From NCBI GenBank assembly GCA_047495785.1, contig JBLDXI010000020.1, positions 1,674,001 to 1,738,000 on the forward strand: a DNA stretch of 64,000 nucleotides, written 5' to 3'. Position numbers and translations under genes: made by a program. Origin of the DNA: Lepidodermella squamata. Taxonomy: Eukaryota > Animalia > Gastrotricha. Below, in pieces: positions 38,333 through 49,427 of this stretch (the stretch's first letter is position 1; the number at the start of each line of letters is the position of its first letter). Under the pieces are notes generated by a model that searched no databases, had not been told where the DNA came from, and was given only the letters and a program-made list of their open reading frames with translations.

Positions 38333-41300
38333 ATGCGAATTATTGCTGCAGTTGTTATTTTTATCGCGATCAGCCACGCGTATGATCAAACGACGTACGA
38401 CATTGGCCAGCGGCAGTACGAGGCGATTGTGGCCGACACCCGGCACCCGAAATACGGGCCCTGCTGGACGCGGGTGCTGGAGGACTCGCGGCAGGGGTGT
38501 CGGAAACTGACGGAAGACACGCAGCATCGACTCGCCCTCGGCTTTACGAATTGCTTCCTGACAAAAACCGGCCGTCAGACGTATGAAGGATGCGGCGAGT
38601 CGGACATTTCAAACTGCGTCAAGGACATGGATTCAGCCGCATTTACCGCCTACACGAATTTCTTCACGCATGCTCAGTCACTGTGCTACTTCCTAGAAAG
38701 CATACGCTGGCAGGTTCGTAATTCGATCCTCCTTAATTTATGATGAGCGTAAAATCGATTTAATTTACCAGGAAAATGCGGAAACAACTATCGGTCGCTT
38801 AATCGACCAGACCCTGCATTTCGAGGAGCGCCTCAAGGAGTGGAACGTGTCTGTGTTGTCCTTCGAGAACAGAACATTAGGACTGCAAGCGCAGCTGGTT
38901 GAAGCCGGAAGTCGGTTGACGAGCACTTTAGACCAATCGCAGGTAAGATGAGTCACTTGTTGTTAGTGCTTAGTGTCCAATTTTATCCGGTTTTTTTTGG
39001 CTATTAATGAACGCCAAAAAGTCGAAAAAGAAAATAAAGTGTAATTTCAGAAATAAATTGTAAAATTAACTGCTGGGTTCCATAGGTCAGGGCTTCTGAA
39101 CACCTTGGCGACCTCAAAATAAAAATTCTTACCAGACTGCGACCCCTACCCAAATTTCTTCATTTTTATCCTTTTTCGATGTAGGAATACGTACCCTATA
39201 TTCAGAAATTCTCTTCAAAAAATATAAAATTTATTAACACCTATTAACACCCATTTTTCAAAGAATTTCTTGAAACTTACACATCAACTTGGCTTTTAGC
39301 CGAATTATCAGCCAAATAATACCCAAAAATAACCAAATCGCCGCCGATTTTTTTTAGTTTTATCAGATCATCGGGTGACCTCATTTGAGAAGTGTTGCTC
39401 TAGGTTGAAGAGAGAAAATCAGAAAAATTTAATTTAACTACTTAGGAAAATTCGGTATTTTTCTCAAAATAAAACCAAAAGCATTTTTCATTTTGGTTGT
39501 GTGATTTCACAGGAAGAAAATTGAAATTCGCTGAAGATGGGAAATTCACTGAAGTCTTGACTGGATTTCTTCGATTTTGTTATTCTGTTTGGAACTGTCC
39601 ATAATCGATTTGCATTTTCATGGAATTTTTAATACGGAATACAGAATCTTTTATCGGAACAAAATTTAAGGTGAACGGAACCTAATTACTAATTAATGAT
39701 GAAACTCAAAAGATAACTCAAAATGTGCCAAGTGTTGATTTCCAACCAATTCTCAAAATTTGGGGCAACGCATGATCCTTAAAGTGAACGCTATGTGCTT
39801 TCCAGAATTTTACGCTGAATTTAAAAATAATTTATTTAGAATTACAACTGTCAGTCTCAATAAATATTGCAAATTCTGGTTCTTTTTAAAGGAAAAATTG
39901 GTTCCGGTACTAGGAATCAAGTTGTCTGGATTTTTATATTTGCAGGTCATAAAACTTGATCGGTTACGTTATTGTTGAGACACCCTGTATTTGATGGAAA
40001 ATATTATTTTAATTAATTAGTATATTGAGAAATTTTTCGCAAATTTTTATTAAGAGACCATTTTCATGATTTTCACTTGTAAATTTATTTTGCCAATCGA
40101 ACGCCATGAATTTGAGGCTCTAGCACTAGCTTTTCCCAAAATGAAGTATTTTTCCCTGGGTCAACTTTGATCTCATTTTTTGCATTATTTAGGCGGCTGT
40201 TGCTGTGATGAGGCAAGCATCTGCCGACCAGCACGCGATTATTCGAGATGTATTCAAGCAGCTGACCAGTCTTCAAGAAATGGTCGTCGACGAGTTCGCC
40301 GGTTTCTACGCGTACGCCTACTACGTGGCCTCAACCGGGCTCGCCTACGTGCTGACGTCAACGCAGCGAACCGAAGCGGCTCGAGTGCCTCTTCTCGCCG
40401 TCACCTCAACGACGTTCGCCGTCGAGCGGTTCGCGCTGCGGCAGCTGCTCGAATTCTGCCAGGGCCTGCGAGACGTCTCGAACCTGTCGATGCATGCGGC
40501 CGTGTGGTGGCTGCGCCGCGTCGCCGTTTTCGCGTGTCTGTCCCTGCTAGCGTGGTCGGCGGTGCGCTACCGTGATCTGCACATGATAAATCACTCGCTG
40601 CTGGAGGGCGTTGCTAGGGAGCAGCGGCACTTGCGGCGCATCTACTCGCAGATCGCGTCGCTGCGATCGGCGCTCAGGGAGCGGTCGCTGACGCCGACCA
40701 ACGACCAGCCGGCGACGAGACCGCCGCACCGGCCGCGCCGCCGCAGCCCGGAAAAGGACTCGGTCACGCCAACTCCGCGTGATTCATCGGCCGCGGCGAC
40801 TGCGACTGCCCTGAGCAAGCACTCGTCGAGGCAGCCGCAGGAAATCGTGACCTCGCCGCCGGATGCCGACGACGAGGGTGATGGCGGAAACGATGACACT
40901 GGTAAGAAAAATAAAATACCTCCCAGCTTAAGAAAAACTGAAAATAGCCTGATTTTCCGCGCATCATCTCGATAGATCTAAGAATTTAACTTAGAAATTC
41001 TTTTCCATTCATATGACGGTTTTGTTTAGGTAATTCCTAATTTTTGAACTGTCCGAATTTTTACGAAACCTAATTTTAGATGCGAAAATTTTGTTGAAAA
41101 AAATCGCAATAAAATATTACCTATTAAATTCACTGTTATTTTCAGTAGATAAGGCCCAGAAAATGGTATTTTAACAGGTTACGTTTGGGGCCAAGTTTCG
41201 AAAATGTAGCAAATTGATTTTTAAGGTGGTTTAGAATTGTTCAGATTAATTTCGGATCTGTGTCATGACCCTCTTTCGGACAAAAAAGTCTTTCTTTTGT

Positions 41301-42771
41301 CACATGACAAATTTGAAAACGCAACTTCTTGCACTAAAATAATTTAGGTGAATAATTACTTTTTACCTTCAGTAAAAATTTATTTATTTTTGACGAAAAA
41401 AACCTAGGTTATTTCGGACGGCTTAGTATTAATGTTTGATTGAGCGTCCTATTTAAGCGAACCGCAATTTTGTGTGTTGAGAATAGGTGAGCTAAAAAAA
41501 TTGAAAAATCGAGGGATTTGAACCCTCGATACAAAATTTTGTTCGTTACGCAGGTTTTCCATCTAAGGCATCAAATTTCAAGGATTTGAAATGTGATTGA
41601 CTCTTCTTCGAATTTCGATACTGTCCGTTACCTTTTGCAATTATTCAAAACATGAACCTGCCTTACGATGCAGTTTTTTGGCTTATTTCTAGCAAGAAAT
41701 ATGGCAAATCTTTTTGACCGCGGGAAACGTCCGCGTAGAATTCGAAACACATGGAAGAAGTATTTTAGGGCTATTCAACATTTTCAACGTGTTTTTGTAT
41801 GCCAAGAAAAAAATTCGTGCTTGCTCGAAATGAACCCGTCCGAAATAAGACCACGCTACAGAACCCTGTGATATTTTTCGTGACTAGGCAGAACACAATT
41901 TACTGAATTACATTAAAATTAGCAATTAATCTTAGCCCCAAATAGACTGCAGCAATATCAATTTTCTAGTTTTTCCAATCTCAGACTTTCCAAGTCTTTT
42001 ATTTGATATGTCTGCGATGTTACACTCATCAAATAGCTGGTTTGACCTTATTTCAGACGAGAGGTGTCTGATTTCTTAGCACCCTTTAAAAATCGATAGG
42101 TCGGCTGTGTTATTCTCAAGGGCTTAAGATTTTGCTTTGTCTGCGTAATAAAAGCGACTAGGCGCCCGTTATTGATTAGGCGGGGCACCAATTTGTAAAG
42201 CTTCAAAATATCTTCTACGCAAACATGATTATAATCAAGGTAACCTAATGAGGAAAATTGAACCCGGGTTATTGACTTTTAGGAGGAAAAATTAACTTTT
42301 CATTTTTTCATTTTTCATTTAAATTATTTGACCTGAAAATGAAAATTTTATTAGTTTAAAATAATGCGATTTCAAGATCTTCGATATTAAATTATGTCCG
42401 ATTTTTTTTCAGCTTCTGTCACCGGCAGCACAATTAGCACGCTTTCATTGTCCCGCTACAATTTGCGGTCTTCACAACGTTCTTCCGTCGCGTCATCGCC
42501 AATCACGACTAACCCGGTGATCCGCGAACTGACCCCGACTTCCACGACCTCCAGCATCCGGTCCAGGTCTCGCTCACGATCGCGATCCCGTGCACCGGCC
42601 ACTCCTAACGCGACCCCAACAACCCGCCTTAACAGCAGTCGCTTATCAGAAGCGGGCGATGGGCCAGTTTCGGACTCGCAGCTTCTGGCAAGTGTCGAGG
42701 CATCGGCTCGCCGGACGGCTAGGACAGCTAGAATGGCTCGTTTAGCTGCTCAACGGGAGGAACAATTCTGA
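38333..42771 (+). CDS. Brambleberry/GEX1/KAR5-family nuclear membrane fusion protein; exons 38333-38713, 38772-38942, 40193-40901, 42413-42771
   Basis: Signal peptide, Cys-rich domain (GPCW...GC...RLALGFTNCFL...C...C...AYTNFFTHAQSLCYFL), coiled-coil, hydrophobic segments around LTSTQRT...AR and a low-complexity tail. Confidence 0.8.
39088..39397. mobile_element. Degenerate hAT (Charlie/Buster-type) MITE in an intron
   Basis: Imperfect terminal inverted repeats (TIRs) CAGGGCTTCTGAA / TTGAGAAGTGTTG, subterminal GCGACC motifs; flanks ccaTAggt / ctcTAggt (6 of 8 match, central TA). Confidence 0.5.
41409..41848. repeat. Inverted-repeat-bounded intronic element containing a tRNA T-arm-like hairpin
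   Basis: TTATTTCGGACGG and CCGTCCGAAATAA form a 13-bp inverted repeat; the minus strand reads GAGGG-TTCAAAT-CCCTC (B-box-like) near 41511-41527. Confidence 0.35.
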
Positions 42772-44146
42772 CGCAATAACATTTCAAAACACCAAATTCC
42801 ACTTGACTCGCTCACTTTTTTTCTTGTTGTTGAGGCTTTTTTGCAACTGCTTTTTAAGATCTCGATGGCTTTCGAATTTCAATGGTGAAAACCGGTTTGA
42901 TCTTGCATGTCTTTTTGTCACACTACTATACTGCTTTTGTATCCTGTTATTGGGTATTTACGATTTTTTGGCTTTTTTGTGACCGGTTGATTCATCTCAG
43001 CTGCGTTCGATAATAATAATAAAAAATCGCCTGTTTCCATGCGTGGGTCTCTTCTTGTCCGAACGTGCCTGAAATTATTGCGATGATTATGTTATAGAGT
43101 CCCCATGGAGCGCGCCGCTCCAGCTTCAATAAGTGCCGATAAAGTGGGTTGTCGTGGTGACACTTTTTAGCGTAGAAAACTGTCATCGAAAATCGATTTT
43201 CCAGGTGCTTTATTTTTTGGCTGAGTCAACACAGACAGGACGCGGCCGGCGACAGCAACATTTTCAAGCATAGAAACCGAGAAGGGCAGCAACGAGTTTA
43301 TTCAAACAAATGAGAGGTGATTTCATTCTGATTAAAGAAATGGTGATGGTTCACCCCTATTGATGCCAAGGAACAATAATTAGAGCTCAAAATTTCATCT
43401 GGCTAAAAGTAATCAGTTGGATTATGGAGTGATTTGGCCTTAAAAAGTCAAAGGTGGTTAGGTAAGGACCCTGAGAGTGGGGAAAGGCGATCTAAAACTG
43501 TCAATTTATTCCCGTTCATATTAGGCGGGGTCCATCGAGCTGTCAGCGTCAGTGTCTCGCGAAACTAGGAATTTTCTAAATAATTTCCCCCTTCTTTATC
43601 TGGAAATGAGTTGTGTCGAGGTGCATTGTACGCATTCTTGTTATCGTTTTCTTGGTCTATTCAACGGCATGTCAACGTAACCCCGACTGTAGAAGCATGA
43701 CAAATCCTAGTAAAATCCTCCTTAATTTTTTTAATCACATTCATAATTGCGCTCACCTTTTTTACACTTAGAAAATTTGACACCTGTGAGCCTCAAATAA
43801 GAGGGCAGTACAGATACAGATTTTAGTAATTTTCCAAAAATTCAATTGTAATCTGATTTTGTCAATGTCGATTTTGCTTGAGCGTCTGAAAAACCAAAAA
43901 ACACGGCAAAATTGGGCTCAAAATTTTATTCGACTGTAAAAATCCGACACAGATCTGAGACCGGCTGTTTTAGCTGAGAAAAAAGTATTTGTATCACCAG
44001 TCACTCTCCAATGTTTCTTTGAGACAAAATTGAGAGAAAAGAAAAGAGAAACACAAGTTACGTCTAGGAAAAAAAATCGTCTAGAAATTAAGACTAGGAG
44101 TGAAATAATCGATGATCTCAGTCACTTGGCTCGACGATGGAGAAAT

Positions 44147-47100
44147 TCAGTTATCGGCTCCGCATCGCACTCGCTTGTGCTCCTCGCTGAGCGATTCCAA
44201 AGCACCGGGTGACGCGCTTCGCTTCCGCGTCTGCTTCGCAGCGCCGTCCTCCTCTTCGATATCTTCGCCCTTCAACGCAGCCATGACCGACTTCTTCGCG
44301 GCTTTCAGCATCGCCGCAGTGTCCGGGACTTCGACCGGCTTGCGTTCCATCGCCAGCGCGGCCGTGATGTTGACGTCCAGGGTGTAGGCGTTGGTCAACA
44401 GCTTTGAGCAGTGCATGGATTCGGGTTGGAGATCGGCGCAACCGGCGACCAGCAGCAACTTGCAGTGCGTCGTCTGCTCGCCTTCGCTGGTCGACGAAAT
44501 CGGCAGCAGAATTGATCCACTGCGCGCCTCAGGCCAACCGGCCGCGCCGTCAAGGCAGTACCATCCATTCGACGGATTTTCTAATAAAGAAATCAAAATT
44601 TCAATTTTCAAAAAAGTGTTATTAGCTTATTTCGGTTTCCTGATATAATTTTAGGCAGAATGCTCAAAGTTTTCAAGAACTTAGCAATGATCTTTCAAAG
44701 TTTCTGAAATTGACGTAGTGAACGTAATGAGCTTCGGCTCGACATTGAAAGGAAACGTTTCACCGTCATTCTCCTTAGAAAAGCTGCAGATTCTCTCGTT
44801 TTGGCGCTCTCAAGTTTAACAGCAAACAAAACCTCTTTCATCAGGCATCTTTAGATAGCAAAAACCTTTATATGGAAAAAAACCTTGATGACTTTCTTGG
44901 CAATAGCAAGGAAGTTCGAAAAACTACTACGAAAAAACTCTCATTGGTACCAGGACGCCCTTTACGCTCGATTTATGATCTTAAGCCACTCCCATGGCTG
45001 CGATTCATTAGTGTTTTTTTTTCTTTTGACCTCTTTGCCGAGCTGACGCTGAAGACAACATCATCTTGTAGATAAGGGAAATCGCCTTCAATCACAAGAC
45101 TGATCGGTGAGTACAGCAATTCGAAAAATTCGTCCAACAAGCGAAAATTGATATCAAAACTGTTAAAGAGTCGAAGATTGGAACGCGCCTGGTGGTCGCG
45201 CCTGCCTTTCACGGCTGAAGCCCCTGGTCACCGACTGGCAGCCGGGCGTCGTGCGATCTAGTAATTTACTCTTGTTTTTTTTGTTGCTTTTTGATTGCTA
45301 AATTTTTTCAGCTGGGTCAGAGGCGGCCTGTCGAGGCGCGCGAGGACCGTGTAACCTATGCCCCCCCCCCTGCTTGCTGCTCCTGCTGTTGTCCCTTCTC
45401 CCGCTGCGAACCGCCAAAACCCGTGCTGCCCGAGCAACCGCGGCGGCAAGGAGAAGGACGCGAGACTGGAGGCCTTCCTGCGTAATTATTGATCAAGTTG
45501 ATCTTTTTCACTCTTTCTCTCATCTCTTATTTTGTATAGGCCATTGGCATCGAAGCGCAGAAGGCCGCCGTCTACGCGTCCCTCTTATTTTCCTTAATCA
45601 CTTGCGCGGGTTTCGTCATTCGTTCAATTCGCTGGTGCGTGGTGCGCAAGCGCAATGCCGCTGCGCTGCGCGATTTGGCGAGCGAAGGCGTGAGGGCAGG
45701 CGCTAAAGCTGTTGCCGATCTGGCAGCGCAGTTCAACCGGAGTCTCTTCTCAACCGGCTGAATGTGTCGACCGTTACTAACGCGGCCGTGCTCAGCTCCA
45801 CCGTCATCGATGTGGCTGGAGGCGCCGATCAGACGAGCAATTCCGAACCTGGCCCAGCCGAGCCGTCAAACACTCCGGCGCAAAACACTCGACAGAAAAA
45901 GGCCGCTGTGAAGCCAAAGTAAAGAACGAAGAAAAACTCGAATATTTTGTTTGATTCAGGCATCCGAACATCCGCTCGCAGTATGCAACACGCCAAATCA
46001 CCTCAATATGCACCATCAACGTCATGAATCTGCAGGCTACACGTGGTTTCAGGGTAAGACTGCAAAGCTTTTTAAGCAATCGATTCTATAGCTTCCTTTT
46101 ACATCAGTTTGGAAGAAAATGCAGCGACACACTCTAAAATCTAAATATCTCAAAATCAAAACTGTAGATTCCGATTTTAGCAATGTCTATACCAGACTTG
46201 AGATCAAACGGAAACCAGCTGTGACTGAAACTTGGAACTCAATAGATTTCTCAATTTTTCATCCAACTCAAATGTTCAAGATTTTTCAAATTTTTGAATA
46301 ATTATCCCGCTTCGATTTGACATGAGTTTGAACCACATTCGTATTTCTCGAAAAAAATCGACTTACCTAGGTCAAACATCCACAGGTCTTTCAGCTCGGC
46401 GTCGTTTTCATTTCGCCCACCAAACACGAAAAGCCAGCGATGTTGGCACACGCAGACCGACATGTACGACCGAATTTCAGGCCAAGGTTGCGCGAGGGCC
46501 GCCGCCTTCTCCTTGCTCTCCATCTCAGCCTGGGTCGTCTTCTTACGAATCGCCTCCAAATTCCGCTTGACCTGCTCGGCAATATCGTCGTTCGCCTCTT
46601 CCTTCTTCGAGTTGCCGTTCGAGCCCTCCTCCTTAACGCCTTCTCCCTCTTCCTTTTCAACCTCTTCGTCGTCGAGGCTCTCGCCCTCACCCTCGTCGTC
46701 ATCGTCCTCCTCATCCTCGTCACACTCGCCATCATCCACGTCATACGCGGTCCATTTTCGGGTCTTGGTGTCGAAAATCGACAAATCATTCGTCCGACCA
46801 TCGGTGTCACGGCCTCCGAAAATCAAAACCTGGTGGTTGCCAGTCTTCGCCGTGTACATAGTCGCGCCATGGGCGGCGCGAGGGGTCGGCGAGTCCAGGT
46901 TCAACTGCATCGGTTTCTTCACATCGTACAACCCGTCCGGGTTCGGCGTGGCGTTGATGCAGTACAGGTCGTCGAACCAGGTCAAACGGAGCGGGTCTTG
47001 CTTCTCGCCGGCCTCTTCCTTCTTCTCACCATCCGGTCCACCGTCCTCGACGTCCTCATCCTCGTCGTCGTCTTCGTCGTGAATTCCGCCGGCTGGCACC

Positions 47101-49260
47101 GGGCCGAACCCGCCGAATAGCCACAAGTGGGTGCCGGATGGCGTGGTGACTGCGGTTAAGGTGGCTTTGTCGCGCGGGGTCGGAATCGGGGTTCCGACTG
47201 GCGGTTTTTCTTCGCCGTTTGCAGCGGCTTCAGGGCTGGATTTGGCAGCCGTGAACTCGCTCTTCTTCCATGGACCGTTAGCTAAAAATGAAGAACAATA
47301 AATGCATTTTGGGTTCAAATTTATCTCAAAATAATTTCCAGCTCTTAAAAAAAATTCTTTTGAAAGAAGACAGCGGTCGGAACTAATAGCTTATCGGAAA
47401 GCCTCTTCAACACGTTCAACAAGTTTTAAGGATTTTTTCATCTACACCACTATCTTGTATATTCAAGCGCATGATTCACTGGAACTAGGTCTGGAACCTT
47501 AGCATCACTCCGAGACGCAAAACGAAAAGCCCCTTGCCCAGCCTCATTAACATTCGTTTCGTGCTGCAGGCCTCAGGGCTTTCTCATCCATATTCATAGC
47601 ATCGAGACTTGGCCAAGCGAGTAAAAGCCGTGCGATCGCCATTGAAGGATCAGGACGAGCTGCTCGGAACTACGTCGTTCGAGGCAACTGCGGCGAAGCT
47701 GAACCCTATTAGTCGCAGATCTGACCTATAGTACGAGGGCCGGCCTTTTCAAGAAAGCTGATACGATTGCTACAATTACCAGCAAAGTAAGATCGCAGCT
47801 CGAGGCGCTACGCGGCGACACCCTAACCGCCGTGAAGACCCACTACTGAGGAATTCGCCTATCCCGGAAAGTATTGATTAATCCAACTGTACATTGTGCA
47901 ATTACTTCTCTAGACCAAGCAGACTCACAGTCGATTAAGTTCATAGTAAGCCAACGTTTGGATCGTCCGACAGTTATTTGTCTTATTTACATCAACAACG
48001 TGATCGTTTCATCAATCAAGACCAATTGAATCCAAGTCAATGGGAGGCATTATCTACCTCGTCGCAGCTCCTAACCGCAACTTGTCGCACGACGCGATCG
48101 ACTCCGAAGTCTTCATCCGGGGAAATGGCCCAAGACGCATGGCTTGAAATTAATGCTGAGCTTTCGCTTGTACCAACTTATCACAAACAAAAACACAATT
48201 CTAACGGATATCAAACAATCAGCAAATCCTGTCTACATTGTTTTGCAGCAAAAAAGAAGACAGCGTGTAATAGGCGATGAAGTCTGGAATTTACTACTGA
48301 CTCGTCTTCGGAAAATGTCAGACAAGACAATCGATACTTGTAATCCTGAAGCAGACTACTACCCAATCGTTTATGTACGAAATGAGACACGTTCGAAGCT
48401 GAACAACGCTAAATTACGACAAGTTAGCCAACTATACTACAAGACAGGAACGAAGAAATGTCAATTATGATTTTGGCTGACGTGAAAGTTAGCAGCAGAA
48501 ACCCGACATTAGATGTAGAACGCGAAACGATATTCAACCTATGACAACCGATGGCCAACTCCAACGCGTTGACCGTAATCGTTGCCTTTTGTGCCCGAAA
48601 GCCTGGGACCCGAATGAAGAAATGGACAAGTGGACGCAATGCTCCAGGTGCCAATGTTCAAAAACTGATTTGATTGAAGACTGAAAATGCGTACCTCCAC
48701 TCTACATTGCGATAACCACGATGCCAAATCTCGTGCCTTAGAACCTTATTTCAATTAATTTTTGTTACGTAGCTCTGGTGAGTACTTCATTATCGATCAA
48801 GAAAATAGGGTAAAAATTTAGATTTAAGAGGCTTAAATTTATGGCTGGAAACTCAATTTTAGTGGTAAAACCCTCTTGGAATGAAAAGAAGCTCACGTAG
48901 TTGGTAGGTCCAGAAGTCGTTAAGCCACGCCTCGGAGTGATTGAAACCACCAAACATGAACAGACGATCGCCGGCGATAGCCAAGCTGGCGCCAGATCGT
49001 GGGGAGGGGCATTCCGCGCTAGTCGCTAGCGCCGTGACTTCATTAGTCGACGGCTTGAAAACGTACAATTCGTTAGTTTCCTGATAGTCGTCATCAGCCG
49101 AGCCAGATTTCTTGATCAAACCGCCGAAAATGTACACGGTATCAGCCTCGCCAGCAGCATTCGTGCTGTAGCAGTGGGCGAAACCTTCACGGGCGAGGTG
49201 TTCGTTGTTTTTGAAGTCAACCGTCGTGCAGGCGACAGGACTAGCAGAATCCGTGGTCAT
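44147..49260 (-). CDS. Kelch-domain protein, KLHDC1/2-like; exons 49260-48897, 47281-46367, 44580-44147
   Basis: Kelch motifs PSPRSGA, PTPRDK...LFGGFG and PTPRAAH...IFGGR...RTNDL; acidic loop insertions; basic C-terminal NLS-like segment. Confidence 0.8.
44975..45761 (+). CDS. Putative nested antisense gene (about 184 aa, two hydrophobic segments); exons 44975-45010, 45072-45106, 45169-45260, 45312-45481, 45540-45761
   Basis: Four GT-AG introns of 51-62 nt join into one stop-free frame; exons GC-rich, introns AT-rich. Confidence 0.45.
47460..48740 (+). mobile_element. Probable decayed retroelement-like sequence in the Kelch-gene intron
   Basis: Coding-like composition with broken ORFs (47978-48280, 48144-48470) and no splice pattern; family not identified. 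Confidence 0.3.
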
Positions 49261-49427
49261 TTTCATGATGAAATAAATTATCAAATCGTCGGAACCTAAC
49301 AAAGCAGAATATTTAATTTAAAATCGAAGTCACAGATATAGCAGATATTAATCACAACTAAAGACAAAAAATCAGCAGAATAACGAAAAATTATGTAAAA
49401 ATTTAAGGCAGTTCAATTAGAATAGTT

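Noticed and set aside
39976-39990. Tc1/mariner-like end GAGACACCCTGTA (similar start TACAGCGTGTCCCA near 63722)
   Set aside because: Only single ends are visible, so no element can be delimited.
46440-47120. Long plus-strand ORFs opposite Kelch exon 2 (likewise 61854-62471 and 10797-11246 opposite other genes)
   Set aside because: Antisense shadows of real coding exons with biased codon usage.
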